A stretch of DNA of 248,000 nucleotides from Octopus vulgaris (GCA_951406725.2 OX597817.1:117820001-118068000), one strand, 5' to 3'; positions 195,339 through 212,454 are shown, counted from the stretch's first letter. Made by a program: numbers and translations. Notes: a model not told the origin generated them from the letters alone.

Positions 195339-196970
195339 ACGATGGTAGTGGTGGTGGTGTTGTGGTTGTGTTGTTGTGGTGATAGTGTGGGACATATGAT
195401 GTTGACTATAACGATCATGATGATAACAGGAAGGAGAATATGAAGATGGTCGTATAAATATATAAGGACAACGATAACATTAAGCAAATCTTCAAAACAG
195501 ACAAACGTAAAATTATGAATAACTGTTTCAGTTTTGCACAACACTAACGAAATGAAGAAAATGTATCAACTTCTAAAGATATAATATATTCTGCAGATTG
195601 TTACTTTGAATGTTCTTTTATTGTTGTATAAGCTAATAGTTTGACTAATTGAATATCACTAATAAAACATGTGCAATCATATCAGTTGTTCTATAAGCTG
195701 TCTTCTTTAACGTGTGATAGATATTTAAGTCAACTACAGAAATGCGTTAATATGAAAATGTTTGGAAATATCATAGATTAAGAAATATAGTTATCTAGGT
195801 ACGAAATCAGGTATGATTCGAAATATGTCATCAGATGTAAAACAATACTTGTCTGTGATTTTGCAAAACGTTAATTGTAGGCAATGCATTTCTGGTATGC
195901 CCATAGTCTTTTATTTTTGTTTCCATCCCGCGTGTAAATTATTTAATAAAGTACAGTTCATGACCCTACAAACAGCAATTTATAACACCTTATATGCCTT
196001 TCCTATTTTAGTGGCAGCATTATTCATAACAAAGTTGTTTGGAGTAAACTGAAATATGCTTCTTTCTGTAAGTAAGCATTGATAACAACAAATATCAACA
196101 GTACTTTCTGTAAGAAATATATATCACTGTTAATAGGAAAACTGAGTGGAGGAAACCTGAGCTATTCCTATACGTTCAGTTTGAGTACCGATAGTGTGGA
196201 TTAACCCAAATAGTGTGGATTAACGTTCAAATGTAAAGTTGCCTAAAATGAGGTATTTTATTAAATGGAAATATACAGTAAATTGGAAGAGTAAAGAGTT
196301 TGCTCATTTAAATCAGACGGAGTGAATCTAAAATTTTCGAGGAAATCTGTATGAACAGAATGGCATCAGATTTTAAATTGAATAGCTGAAATAACGTACA
196401 ATGCAACTGGTTTATCAATAATGGAATAGTAATGCCCTTATTTATCAAAATGTATAGCAATCAGGTGAACACGTATTTAAGCAGATTTCCCATTAATAAT
196501 ATCAAGAGCAGGGTTAGTTATAGTTTATTAAATATATAATGGGTTCACTCAATATAAAAGCAATTCTGCTTGTCAGAAATATCTTTATGAATGATAGTCC
196601 TTCTACTCTTAAAAGAAAAATTCTGCAGTGTAACACCAAAGTTCTCACATTGGTAAATTTGTTGAATTCATAGATTTGTGAACCTTAGATGTAATAATCA
196701 TAGCATGATAAATAATATATGAAGTGATCATCGTGGTTAGTAACTAGATACTGCAAATCGAATACATACAAAGTTATACATATGCACATACACTATGCGC
196801 AACTATGAAAATAGGAGAGAATTCAGATACAATACAGTATTTAGCGTGCATTTATGCATGTAATTAAGTGTGTTTAATCATATAGGAAACCGAATAAAAC
196901 TATGCATAAAATCAGTTGATATATACATGCAAACATAATTTTATGCATATTTTTATTGTTAAACAACATA

Positions 196971-197010
<40 letters not shown>

Positions 197011-197012
<2 letters not shown>

Positions 197013-197538
197013 CTAGCAGTATCGCCCGGCGTTGCTCAGGTTTGTAAGGGAAATAACTATATAAGCATTTTTAGTGAGTTATAGCAAAATAATAGCAAAA
197101 AAATGCATTAAAAATGGAATAAAAAATGATGGTAATTTTGGTGTCTTCAAGCCATGAAGTCGTTGTTCTAAAAGAACGCTGGTCTCCTTGACAATGCTTT
197201 ACGACGTTGATTTCCTTACACTCCCTTCCCCACAGCTTCATGAGGGAGGGAAGAAGGGGGAGAAGCAACACAGGTGCAGGTGTGACCATGGACGCCAACT
197301 CCGCCGCCATCGACAGACGAAAAATTATGCGTTAAAATGGAAAAAAATGATGTTAAATTATTTTTAAGATTGTAGACTCATCGTAGACGCACGCTAATAC
197401 CCAGACGGGCTCGATATGAATCACGACTATAGGGATACCCGAATTTGGTTAAACTGCACCGCAAAATGTGGGAGTAGTTAGGAATCTAAATCGTAGGAGA
197501 CAGACACTCACACAACTACAGTTTTATATATATATAGA
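197011..197538 (-). mobile_element. Non-autonomous Helitron
   Basis: ctagcagtatcgcccggcgttgctcagg 3' terminus and ...gttttatatatatataGA 5' terminus. Confidence 0.78.
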
Positions 197539-197539
197539 T

Positions 197540-197958
<419 letters not shown>

Positions 197959-197998
197959 AATATATATATATATCTATATATATATATACATATATGTG

Positions 197999-198031
<33 letters not shown>

Positions 198032-200685
198032 TGTATATAGTTCAGCAAAATTTAGATTCAAATGAATATGGTACTTAAGTTAGATGCACCAGAATTTTGT
198101 ATGGTGTTATCCATATAAATTCTTTCTTTTTTTTGATATTCTCCTATACTAAATAGCATAAATTCTGTGTCCCTAAAGAAACTATTTGGTTCAACTATGG
198201 AAGATGGGAAATGACGCAAATAAACTACTACGCAGAAACTTTGTTGCAGCATAATTTTGAATTTTGTTGCAGCATAATTTTGAATTTAGTGTTGGAATTC
198301 TACCTTACCTTTTCACAGAAACCAATAGCAAGTAGGGTTTCAATATAGTAGAGAGCTTAACTCCTGATGATTGAGATATATTCATCAGCGGAAAGATTGG
198401 AAACTCTAATAGAATTATTTACAAAACTAATATAAGACAGAACGGTTAGATTTATCTGTAATATAGTGGAGGCACTCGTTTCTTTAAGAACGAAGCAGTA
198501 TGAATTTATTTTAAAATAAAGCAATATCTAAAAATGTAGGGACTCTAAATTTATTCTCGAATATAACATTATTTTTATTAATGAAGTATATAGGCTGAGG
198601 TTTTCGATTATATTCCAGACCAGACTTTGACAACCCAGTGGAAACTTCTAAAGTATCGTCCCTATATAGACCATACTCAATTTTAGAAAAAAATTAAGTG
198701 GTACTGATGAAGGAATAATCCAACCATGATGCACGGATTTATATGATTTCATTGTACCATACTGGATCACAAATAAAAAAAATTCCGACTAGTTAAGCCA
198801 GAGTCATCGGCTACAGCCGTTAAAATGTTCAGCCTCCGTTTTCTGAACAAACTCACTTTCAAGATGCTACTCACAAATTATGCATCCATATACATATATA
198901 CGATCGCTAGTACACGACCACTTGCACATATACATTCCTGTATAGATATAGTAAAGTTGAATGAGAACTTGAGTGAGAGATATTGAAAGGGAGTAGAAAG
199001 GGGAGAGAATGTAGTTTAGTGTTAATCAGAGGAGATGTCAGGCTAAGTAAAGTGTTTATGTGTTCATGTCCTGAGCGGTGAATGAATCTACGCTGGTGCA
199101 TACAGGATCTGTACCCTTCTCTCTGGATTTCAAGGTAAAATTTCGTTGGAGTATGCTGTAGCGTCACTGTTAAGCTAACAGAAATTGTTGCATTGGAATT
199201 TAGTAAATCAGCTTCGAGTACCCGTCATAACGTCAGCAGTTTGAAGACTATGAGTACTTTGAGGCCATATGTATCTCAATTAAAGGAATCCAGTGAGACA
199301 ATTACGCCTCTTTGTGTCCTAGTGAGTGACACTGGAGAGGAGACGAATCGTTCTTCATGAAATAGAACAGTATTGCTTTGAGGCTCTTGGATGAACTATT
199401 AATGAAGAGGCTCCGATTCCTGTGCGTGGTGACATTTTGGTAGAAGTAGGACCCGTTTTTCCCCTATGTAGGACCCATCCCCGTTCGAATAGGATTCATT
199501 TTGGTTGGCGTACAACCGAATTTAGCTGGAGTGCGAACGATTGTGGCTAGAGTAGAAACAATTTTGGATGCAGTAGCAACCATTTGGACTAGAGAAGCAC
199601 CCATTTTGAGGGAAAAGAAACTGGAAGATTTGTGGCCTTATAAACTACAGCAAAACCAGCCTAGAAGTCGCCAGCATATTTTAAGCATTTGTGAATTGTT
199701 TGCAAACAAGTAACCATGAACAATACTAAAACTAATGTTTGACATTAGAGTCAGCCTACTAAATTAACAATATCTCACTGAAGTGGCATTTCACATTTAC
199801 AATCATCACTTTTATCATAACAGTAAATATTGTGTGTTAGTTCCGTGGATATCAGAACATGTCTACTTATCCTCCGCAATTGATTTGTGTCACTAGCATA
199901 ATATGATTAATATTAGAATGCACGCGATATCCCGAAATGGATATAATATTATGCAACAACAGCTAACTGCAGAATTGCCATGCAAAGAATTCATAATATG
200001 CAGCGCTAAGTAAGATGTTCAATGCAATAAAATGAGGTTTCTAGCTTGTATCCTGCTATATTCCTTACATGAAGTATTAAAGCGAAATGTAAATCTCTAG
200101 AGCTCATTCCAATATATTTCACATATTTTCACAGCAAACCATGCACAGGAATTATAACAACCATGCCATTGTACTCCCTATATCTATTTATAGCCTTTCC
200201 TTTTAAATTGTCTTCACTTTCTTTGTTAACATAACATTCATTTTAAGATTTGTACTGCTTTTTCTTCGTTTATTAAACAATGCTGCAAACCTTTAACAGA
200301 TTATACAACATACCCATGTAGGAATAACTATCAGTTATTTCCATGTTCCTTGAATAATAATGCACCCAATTGAACATATTTCAGTAGATATATAAATAAT
200401 ACAGGGTGTGAGAATAAAAGCATGATATATTTAAACTATGCTTATCATTCACGTTCGTGCTCGCAAAATTTTGAATAAAGGAGTAAGAATATGAATCTCA
200501 TATAAACTGCATTTCAGTAATAAAAGCTTTTCAAATTGCGAATATGTGGATTTAGTTATGATAATGTTCCATCTTTCCGTGAGTCCTACAACGACGCGCT
200601 GTTTGCATACATGTGTGCTTGGATATATGTACATATATATATATTTACTCATGTATATATATATATGTATACATATATACTCATG

Positions 200686-200774
<89 letters not shown>

Positions 200775-200892
200775 TAATATTTACTTATATATATATATAT
200801 ATAGATAGATTTCATATATAATATTTACTTATATAAATATATATATAGATACATTTATATACATAAGTAAATATATATATGTATGTATATGC

Positions 200893-200927
<35 letters not shown>

Positions 200928-203900
200928 GATAGATAGAGAGAGAGAGAAGTGTTTCTCTCTCCATCTATAGCTGTATCTGTCTATACACGCACATACACAC
201001 ACACATGTATGATATGGAATCATTAGGCAAAACGAATATATTAGCATGTTGTTTTTTATTCTTTTATTCTTCGTTTGATAACGGTGGTAAGACCGGTTTA
201101 CTTCTCACGAGAGACATGTAAACTAGTTTTGGTAAGCAAGAGCTGATAATGTGAATTTTGAAGCCATATTTGGGGGCAACTTAAACTTCTGTAATCGACA
201201 CTAAAAATATTTCCTCTCACCCTCTATCACTAGGTATGACATATACTACTAAGCATCTTGGTTGTTCAAAAATATTTTATAACCATCTGTATCAATATTC
201301 ACGATTTGTATGCTGAAGTAAAATTTTATTTTGTGTTCACGTCGAACTTTTGATTTCGCTACAACCGTGTTTACTATCAAAATGTGTAAGAGATCTTTGA
201401 ATTGTTTCCCCCACTGTGATGCATGTGTACGGTGTTTGAAACCAGGAGAAATAAAACAAACTTCTCTAAATTTGTCTGCTTTTAATGTTACTTTAAAGAC
201501 GATAGTAACCTCAATTTGCTGCGAGGAAATCGTTTACCTCAAAGTTAAAAAAATACCATGTAAATGTATCAAATGTTTCGTATTCAATTGATTTCAGTGA
201601 AGTTATTTTGGCGCTCACGGGATTTCAACTATTTATTTATATGCATCAAAGTATTGAATTATCAACTAATGTACTCCAATGATATCAAAAGAATTTAAGG
201701 CGGTGAGCTGGCAGACACGTTAGCGCGCCGGGCGAAATGCTTAGCGGTATTTCGTCTGTCGTTACGTTCTGAGTTCAAATTCCACCTTTCGGAGTCGATA
201801 AATAACGTACCAGTTTCGCACTGGGTTGATGTAATCGACTTAATCCGTTTGTCTGTCCTTGTTTGTCCCCTCTATGATTAGCCCCTTGTGGGCAATAAAG
201901 AAATATATATCAAAAGAATTTCATAGTTACAATTAGTAAGGAGCGAGTGCTTGTATATATTGTTTATAGTTCTTATACGGAGCTGCATTATCAGTATAGG
202001 AATTGTTTTAGGCCTTTCATTTACATTGTAGTATATGTATTTCATATGTATTATACTTCTTTGTACAATTTCAAGTAGTTAACAAAATGATAGTCATCCA
202101 CTTTGTTTGCAATATATTTTAGAGCATTTTGTTGCTAAGACGTGAAGCAGATATTGCGTCTGCATGTACTATGAATGTCATTAGATGGTGGATTTATGTA
202201 GATGTGTATAGCCATTTTAAAGATGTAGAATGCACATTGGTGAAGTAGCTTCATAAATCGAGATGACATAGATATGTTGTATTGCATTAGAAACCTCAAC
202301 AAACCACAAGTTTTAATTTATGGAGACTGTTAATGAGTATTTGACTAATACATCTGGCTGTCTTCCAGAAAATAAGTTTCCAATGCAAGCAATACTGTTA
202401 TGAAGTGTAATGATCTCTGTATGGAAATGAATCAGAGCTGTATTATATTTGTGACGCATAGAGGAAAGCAGTATATGCTTCAAACATTTTATAGTTTGAG
202501 CAAGAGAGAGATCAAGAAACATCAATTGCAAAATATCAGAGATTATTATTTCATTTGAAACACTTGTTTGTGATTACCAACGTATCTTCAAACAATAAAC
202601 CCATCCTTTTCCTCCACGGTAAGTCAATTTGGAAAATGCGTGATTCTTGAAATTATCTTCCCTTCTTGAGTGGAACTGTTCTTAACTGATATTAAATATG
202701 ATACATCCGGTAGAGGTGGGTGTAATTTTAATAAACAAAAATTTATGCAGTATAATATTTAATATTCTTGTATTTGCGTATATTGTAAGTTTTAAGGCAG
202801 CGAACTAGCAGAATCGTTAGCACGCCGGGCAGAATGCTTAGCGGTATTTAATCCGTTTTTATATTTTCAGTTCAAATTCAGCAGATGCAGATTTTGTCTT
202901 TCATCCTCTCTGGAGTTGATAAATTAAGTACCACCGAGGGTTGGTGTAATCGACTTTCCCCCTTTCCTCGAAATCGCTGGCCTTTTATCAAAATTTTGAA
203001 GCCTATATATATATTGTAAGTTTGATACTCTTCATTTTGTATTTCCGAAATAATATAAGTATACTTCTGGATACATCACTTTAGATATTGCCAAAGCAAG
203101 AATTTGTGTGATTACTGTTAGATTTTTGTTTTATTGAAATGGTTTTGCAGAGGATGACAGGAAAAACTAACCATTAGGTAGAAGACTTTTACAATACTTA
203201 AATACCGGAAATCACAACGAAATATAAAATGAAGCCTTTGGTGTGGTAAGCGTAGAGAATTAGGAATATTCTATGATCTCATTGTACAGACAAAATAAGA
203301 CGAAATTTCGTTCTCAATTGAGATGATACAACGCATATATTGGACATATATACAGCGATGTATATTGAGAGAATTGACAAAGTGTGTGATTTGAAATATG
203401 ACTGAACGCTTCCCACATTCCGTTTGGATTTGGCCATAATTATGTTGTTACTGTTGAGCCATAGGTCATCACTAACTGACTAAAATGTCTCTGAGTTATA
203501 TTGTACTGCTGTTCAGGCACAATGTATATGGAACTCTAATATACGCTACAATCTTTTAATGACGTGGAATATGACTTGTAAAAGGTCTACAATATGACTG
203601 AAGGAAAATTTAGTTGCTATGCGTGGAAGCATCAAGCCGTCGACAATTGCGAAGATACTGTTCGCTCCCTCATGCGTTATCTCGTGTTTTATGTTACATG
203701 GAAGATTAACCATTTTCGTGGTAAAATATTAGGAATAGCTGTACTGCTGGTCATTGTTAAGGCAATAAAAATGAAAGTAGTGTACTTGTATTTGCCTATT
203801 GTGATATCATTCTTTTGTTGAATACCAAAAGTAAGTTAGCCATTTAGTTTATCAGGATATATATTTATTTGAGAATGGAGCGTATTTTCGTCTGATTCTC

Positions 203901-204506
203901 TCTAAGAATTGTTGCCAGAGATAAAGTGATTAACCTACAATATAAATAATCAGCAAATATCAAAGTAACGTATGCTTTAGACTATTGGTATGCTATTTTC
204001 ATATCCAATAAATATGTTTATACTAAGCAAGACAGTTTGTTGATTACTACTGTTTTGCAAATGTGCAAAAGAAACGAAACTCACAAACAGGAATTATTAG
204101 AAGAACGAAGTTAATATTTCATACAAAAGATTTCATGAATGTGATAATTTAAAAGGAATATTTCTTGAGAAACTTATAAGGCTGGTAAGGATTAAAGCCA
204201 GTACATCTGAATTGGGTTTAACGAAAATATTTATTTATTTATTGGATTCATAGGTTTTACACAGTTGACATTTGCCATTTGAAGTATGTTCATGCATTTC
204301 TTTACTTTGCCTAAGATTGTTTTTGAACTTACCTTGCTCACTCCTTAAACCAGAACATAAATATTCGTAATATGTAATATCGAAGATCGAAGGTCACACA
204401 GATGCTGCATACCCAACAAATGATTTGTCCTGTCTCAAGATATACGCCTTTTTTCTTTTTGACTGGTTAATGTAAGAATTCCTACTTCGCATATTCTCTT
204501 CCACTA

Positions 204507-204584
<78 letters not shown>

Positions 204585-204663
204585 TATGCGTGTGTGTGTG
204601 TGTGTGTTTGTGTGTGTGTGTTTATGTATATATACGTATATGTATACATGTAAATATTTATTC

Positions 204664-204694
<31 letters not shown>

Positions 204695-204723
204695 GAGAGA
204701 GAGAGAGAGAGATAAATAGATAG

Positions 204724-204822
<99 letters not shown>

Positions 204823-207680
204823 TGTACGCATACGTATATATACTTATAAATATCAGGATAGATAAATATAGATGTAGATATAAATTCACTTACGTACATA
204901 TGCATATGTGTCTGTGTGTTTGTGTATGTGTGTTGGATATGGATGTGTCCGTACGAGCGAAGGCATTTATATTTGTACATTTGAGAATTTGGAAGACAGA
205001 GAATCCGAAATTCTATTCATTTTTATCTTAGTATATTTTGAAGAACTCTACAGATCTGAGTGCAGAAGGAATAAGTTTATCACGTGTAACAGTTGGACAA
205101 TTCAAAGTTTACGTTTCTTTATCTTCGTGCGATTTCAGAACTATTACACTTCAACCTAATCTTCATCTGTCTGTGATTTTCATGCTGCGCATAATACACT
205201 TTGAGTTCCTCTTATCGTTGATCTTTTAAGAGCAGAGAATAGGATTGCTAAGATGCATTTATGAGGAAAAAATTATAAATGCTATTAAGAGGTAACATTT
205301 GTTATTGAATTTACTAAAATTACGCTAAGAAGTATATAATCTGCAATAATGATCTGGAAGGACGAATGTGCTTTTGATTTTGTATTATTTTTGTTTTATG
205401 CTATGATGGCATAAATAAAACAAAATTCTTAGTTTGTTTATCTATTTAATCTGAAATACGTAATACCATTCATATATCAGGTTCATGTATCGTGATTAAA
205501 GCAAGCATTTTAGTAGGCAAATACGACTTCATAAATGAATAATTTCTAGTCGCTGATTTCAGAGAAGGAAATATCTGAAACTAATAATATTTAGCTTCTT
205601 ATATTTCCTTCGGTGGTTTAGGTAAGAAGAATATATTTTATATTATTTTTATCTGGAAAACGCGTAATATTATACGACATGTAAGTAAGAGTGAAATTAT
205701 ATTTCTGCACATTCTTTCATGCAGAAAATATTGTGAATCTCTGTTTTGGTCTGTAAATTTTCCTGTTTGTGTATTCAATTCTATGGATGAATGCACTACC
205801 ATATATGATGATTTTATTAATGTGGGTGTCTTCGCGTGCTCACATGACTTCTGCAGATCTTATATCAGCACGCAAAGTAACACACATATATACATGCACA
205901 ATATTTCATTTCTTACAAACGGTTCTTTTTATGTATTTCCTAAAAGTTAGTTTGAACAATCGCATACTTAGTCGCAACTAATCTATTCGCGAAGACATTT
206001 CTCATTTCACTGATTCTTTAGAGAAGTCTTACATTTTTCATTATGAAATCAATTTAACGAAACGTAAATATAATCGAATATCTATTCCTGGTCACTGGTG
206101 CTGCTTAAATTCTCAGTGAAGTATTCGTGTTAAATAATCCCTGAAACTGAATGTCTAGGTTGCTTGTGTATTCTGCCTATTGCTTTAAATATGCATTACT
206201 GATTGCTCACTAGAAATATGTAACTGATATGTTCAATGTCACAGTTTGTGAAATCATATTAGTAGCAAGTTATCTAGTGAGTTGAGTACATCCACCTGCA
206301 TTGTTTCTTCACCAGATACAGAAAAGATCGGGTAACTTTTGCATCAGACGGAAAGCTGTTTAGCAATAATAATAATATAGGATAGACTATTCGACTTCAT
206401 ATCGCTTCAATTACTGGTCGCTAGAGCAAAGATTTGGTGTTAAAGTGACTATACACTAATATTCATGAATTGTTTCGACTAAATATGAATGGAAATTCAC
206501 TCGATATTTAGTTAATAGTATATTTTATCCAGAGGCTTGCATATCATTTCAAATATTCTACTGGCGACATTGATATATTTTCTGCCATATAAATATCTGA
206601 TTTATTTGCTGATGTATTGATTTATTGATAAATTTATTAGATTACACTATGTATTAATTCACTAATTATTTTATGGACTAAATAAAGCGAATGCATTTTA
206701 CAAGAGAAAATATATACACATGTACATATGTGCGTGTATATATATATATATCTTTATATACATATATATCTATAACTATCTGTCTATCCATACATACATA
206801 CATACATACATACATACATACATACATGCATACATACATACTTACATATATATATACATATATCCGTTTAAAAACTTTTCACGTTGGATTACATATACAA
206901 GTACATGGCTCGCAAGAATATAAGTCATATACAGGGGATTCAGATAATTTATTCAAACTCGATTCTATTCACACAGAAATTCTTTCCGATAGCCCGACAA
207001 AGGGACAGCGACTAGTCTTCCAAAGCATGTCTGGGAATTGAAAGAGAACGACACTCGTCCTTTCAATTTAACCTGGAAAATCCTAGAAAAAGCATCAGCA
207101 TACAAACGCGGAGCTTATAAAAGACCTATGAAATTTAATCTTTGCTTCTCAGAGACGTTCTTCATCTTGTTCCAAGATAGAAATGCTTTGAACTAGAGAC
207201 GCGAACTCTCTAATTCCTGCCAGCACAGCACAAAATTTAAGATATCAACCGACAAAATAGCATGGGGGTAAAATGTTTTGACTTTCGAAATATATTTTTG
207301 ACTGTCGTATTTGGAGTTGACTTTAGACGGTATAGTTATATTGCATCGCAATGCTAATGTATATTGCGACTTCATTCTTAAGAAAACCTTCGGCAGTTTT
207401 GTAAATTTAATTTCAAGCTTAAACTTCACTGAGGTTTATGTTTATTTTTTTTTAATTTTTACTCAGGTATTTAATTAAGTTACATCAAATTAATGTACAA
207501 TTTCCTTACTTTACATTTTAATATTTTAATATAAACACTGAACAGTATTTTAAAAAATTGTTTGCATATATACGTTATGATGTAGATATGCCTCTATATA
207601 TTTATGTGTATGTATGTATTTTAAGTATGTATATTTATGTATATGAAAGTATGTGTGTGTGCGTACACATAGGCGAGTGC

Positions 207681-207720
<40 letters not shown>

Positions 207721-207741
207721 ATATCTATATCTATATCTCTA

Positions 207742-207797
<56 letters not shown>

Positions 207798-207819
207798 TAT
207801 ATATATACATATATATGCA

Positions 207820-209790
207820 ACAATCCTATGTGAAGGAGAAAGCAGACAAAGAAGCCTGGGTTATAAAAAACATTAAATCAAACCCAAAGGCCTTCTTTCT
207901 TTACGCGAAAGAAACAGCCTCAGTGCACTACAAGATAGGACCCCTCCTCTAAAAGGATGGCTCCCTCACAGACAGTCCACCTATGATCAGTGAGATGCTG
208001 AATGACCAGTTCAAAAGTGTCTTTACCACTCCGTTGGAACACAGACAAGTGAACGAACCAGTGGACTTCTTTGCCGCCTCACCTATAACCAGCGAGGCGG
208101 TTACAACAGAATGTATTGACATTAGCGAAAAAGATGTCCTACTAGCCATAGATGAAGTGGACACAAACTCAGCTGCTGGTCCAGACGGTTTCCCAGCCAT
208201 CCTCCTCAAAGCGTGTAAGCATGCCCTGGCAAAACCCCTCAAGATTCTCTTCCAGAGCTTTCTTGCGAATGGCAGACTGCCAAGCAAGCTGAAGGAGGGA
208301 ATAATATGCCCAATACATAAAGGGGGAAGTAGAGCAGATGCCAAAAACTATAGGCCTATCTCTCTGACTTCACAAATCAGCAAAGTCATGGAAAGGATAG
208401 TCAGAAAGAAACTAATCGCATTCCTTGAGGAAAATAACTTGCTGAGTAATACCCAGCATGGTTTTCGACCAGGGAGGAACTGCCTGACCCAGCTCTTACA
208501 GCATTATGACTAGGTGTTGAGGCAGTTACTCAACAAATCAAATGTGGACGTAATCTACCTTGATTTTGCAAAAGCTTTTGACAAGGTGGATCATGGTATG
208601 ATATGCCACAAACTACGTGACCTCGGCATAGCTGGAAAACTTGGAGTGTGGTTGCATGACTTCCTGAAAGATAGGAGTCAGGCAGTAGTGGTTAATGGAG
208701 CCACCTCTATGAACACACAAATAGTGAGCGGTGTTCGACAGGGCACCGTCTTGGGACCACTGCTTTTTATAGTGGCCCTCTCAGATATGCCCTCAAATGC
208801 CCGGATAGCCACTCTGGCCAGCTATGCAGACGATACGAAAGTCTCGCAGAAAATACAGAACCCCAGCGATGTTGCACACCTGCAACAGGAGTTAGACTCA
208901 ATCTACAGATGACCTGAGAATAATAATATGCAGTTTAATGCTGAAAACTTTCAGGCCCTGCGCTACCAGCATCCAATATTGAATATTAAACTTACAGGAT
209001 ACACCGGTCCACAGGGAATTTCAATCCCAGAGCCTAAGTCTGTGAGGGACCTGAGTATCGACAGAAGTGATGATACCTCTTTCCAAGTGCACATTACCAA
209101 GATGGGGACAAAGTGCAGACGACTGTCTGGGTGGATCCTAAGAACATTCAGAACCAGAGATAAGGAAACCATGATGGTCCTCTGGCGGGCATTCGTCCTC
209201 AGTCGCCTGGATTACTGCTCACAGCTGTGGTCACCCACCGGTGTAAAATTAATAGCGGACCTTGAAGTAATCCAGAGCAGATTCACAAAGAAGATCGTCT
209301 CTTTGCAACTGCTCAGCTACTGGGAAAGGTTGAAACAGCTAAGACTCTACTCCCTGGCGAGAAGACGGGAGAGGTATGCAGTAATATATGTCTGGAAGAT
209401 CCTGGAAGAAATTGTGCCAAATTTTGGCATTGTAAGCTACACCAATGCTAGAACGGGACGACACTGCATAGTGCCAAAGATCCCAGCAAAGCCATCACGC
209501 TTCAGGACCAGCTTCTGCAACAGCATGGGTTTCAAGGGCCCACAGCTTTTTAATATTCTCCCAAAAAGTCTGAGGAACTTGCACAAAGTAGATGTAGCGG
209601 TTTTTAAATCAAAGCTGGACATCTTCCTGTCAAGAGTCCCAGATGAACCTACCTCACGGCAAGAGGTGCAAATGAGAGTAGCTGTATCAAACTCCATCCT
209701 TCACCAAGTGCCACATATTAGATGAAGTTCGTCGCAATAACAGTGTAGCACAAAACGGCGGTGCATCAGCATGGCCGCAGCTCTGAGCTG
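207820..209790 (+). mobile_element. CR1/L2-group LINE, 5'-truncated, RT with two in-frame stops
   Basis: AAGPDGFPAILLK, NYRPISLTS, QHGFRPGR, YLDFAKAFDKVDH, SGVRQGTVLGPLLF, SYADDTK; stops at 208511 and 208910; A-rich tail. Confidence 0.92.
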
Positions 209791-210433
209791 AAACTAGAAA
209801 AAAAACCCATATATATATAAATATATATATATGTGTGTGTGTGTGTATCGCAAAATTACTAGGAAATTCTGGCCATTGAATGACGAGGAAATAAGCTGCG
209901 AATGGTACGTGTATCCTCTATTTGTCCAGTTTCCCGTCTGTTATGTTATCGTCTAGTTTTCAGTATGGATTTCCGGTTGCTGTGTTTTCGCCTTGTTGTG
210001 TTCTTTCTGTTCAACACTTGAGTTTAAATATATATATATAAATTAATAATAATAATATTAGGGAATAAATCCAAACTTACAGGGAAAAATTAGATTTAAG
210101 ATTAAATCCAATTTTATAGTATAAATATATTATATTACTATATTAAATTAGAGATAAAACCACTATTAGGCAAATCAAACAAAATAAAAAAATAAAGTAA
210201 TTAATTAATTAATTAATTAATTAAATAAATAATATATAAATATGAAAATATACATACATATATATATTTGTATATATATATAAAATTTATTAGTTTAAAT
210301 TCTTTAAATAATTTTTTATTCTTAACTTTTATATTTTTAAATTAATTTTATGTATTGGCTTATGTTTTTCACTGTTTGATTTGCCTAATAGTGGTTTTAT
210401 CTCTAATTTAATATGATATATATATATATATAT

Positions 210434-211709
210434 ATAGGGGTTATAGGGGTTGGACAAAATAATGGAAAAACCTAGCATCATAGCATCATAATTTTGAAAT
210501 ATCTATAAAAGCGTCAAAAGCGTGTTTATGTTTATGTTATTTTCTATTTATCATTATTGTTGCTTAGTATCATTTGCTAAAATTGCTCTTTCCTTTCAGA
210601 TATAAGAAAAAAGGTAGTTAAAATGAATTAACATGACAGATCTATTGGACTTTCAAAGACGTTACACTCAATAAACAGTCCTGGCACGCGCTAGCGGAAC
210701 AAAAAACAGCTGAAATGTTTGTTGTATCAAGAAGTACTGTCTTGAAAGTAATGACAGCCTTTGAGAAAGAGGGAAAAAAACCTCCTTGTCGAAACAAAAC
210801 TCCGGAAGAAAGCCAAAACTTTCAGATAGGCCCTGTTGGAATCCTCCACGAATTGTTAGAAAGTATCACAAATGTACAGCTCCCAAAATTTCTGCAGAGC
210901 TTAATGACCACCTCGAGAACCCAGTTTCAAATAAAATTGTTCGCCGGGAGCTGAACAAAGCCGGATTTCACAGGAGTGCTGCAATCAGAAAACCACTAGT
211001 TTCAACAAACATTACAAAGCGATTAGAGTGGAGCAAAAAACCTACAGATTTGGTCCTTCGATCAGGGGCAGAATGCTATTTTCTCAGAATATTCATCCTT
211101 TACTTTATTTCCGAAAACTGGCCGAGTATATGTGTGGAGACAGCCAAAATAAACATTTCACCCAGACTGCTTTGTTCCAACTGTTAAACATGGAGGAGGA
211201 TCTGTGATGATTGGGGTGGGGTATACCTTGGAAATCCGCAAGCCTTCGTGACATAATTAATATTCAAGACTATTTAAGTATTTTATCTGATCCAATTCAT
211301 CTAATGGTTGCGGAAATGTTTCCGGAATGAAACGCACTCTTTCAGGATGATACCCTACTAATTTAAACAGCTAAAGTTGTTACTGAATGGCACGAGGAAC
211401 ATTCTAGTGAAGTTGAGCATCTTATCTGGCCACCACAATCCCCAGATCTCAATATTATTGAACATTTATGGTGCATTTTAGAAAAACATGTATGAGGTCG
211501 ATAACATCCTCCATCATCACTACGAAAACTGGAGACTGTTTTAGCTGAAATATGGACACAAATTCCTTTGGAAACAATTCAAACATTCTAGGAGTCCATA
211601 CTGCGTAGAATTCAAGTTGTAATTACTACCAAAGGCGGTCCTACCTCTTACTAAAGTAAATTTGTTTGAAAGTTTAGTGCTTCCATTATTTTGTGTAAAC
211701 CCCTCTATA
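210434..211709 (+). mobile_element. Tc1-like element, full length, degenerate
   Basis: TIRs ggggttggacaaaataatggaa / ttccattattttgtgtaaacccct; TVKHGGGSVMI and WPPQSPDLNIIEHLW remnants. Confidence 0.85.
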
Positions 211710-211937
211710 TATCCACGCAGAGGAACACATATTGAGCTTTAATTCAAAGCCAAATTAGCTTGCTCACTGTGGGGTGGTTATCTCCCCTGTCAGTAGATAG
211801 ACAATGAGTTTCTTGTGACTATAAGGGTTATTGACTCTTGTTTCTATCAATGTAGATGCTAACATGCACCCCCAGTGACAATAGAATTTTTCCTTATATA
211901 TTTGGTTTTATATTGCGTCTAGGTACCTTCGTTATGT

Positions 211938-212002
<65 letters not shown>

Positions 212003-212131
212003 ATACCTGTACACTTACTGTACACTCATACTTACACATGGTTTTATACGATAACAATTCAGTTGCGCACAATTAGAAAGTAACACACAACACAGGCAAG
212101 TAAATATATATATACAAACCATATATATATG

Positions 212132-212192
<61 letters not shown>

Positions 212193-212454
212193 CTTCCTAG
212201 GTGTAATCCCATGGTCAGCCATGACCCTGCCAGCACAAGTCCGGGTAAAGCTGTTTATGGAAGACCAACAGTCACCCATTCATACCGGCCTTCCCTCTCC
212301 ACACCACCAGTGTTATCCAAGGGAAAGGCAAAGGCCGATACAACTTGGCACTTGTGACGTTGCATCTCATTTATACTGCTGAGTGAACTGGAGCAACGTG
212401 AAACAAAGTGTCAATATCGTAAGCTCGATGCTCTAACCACCGAGCCATGCGCCT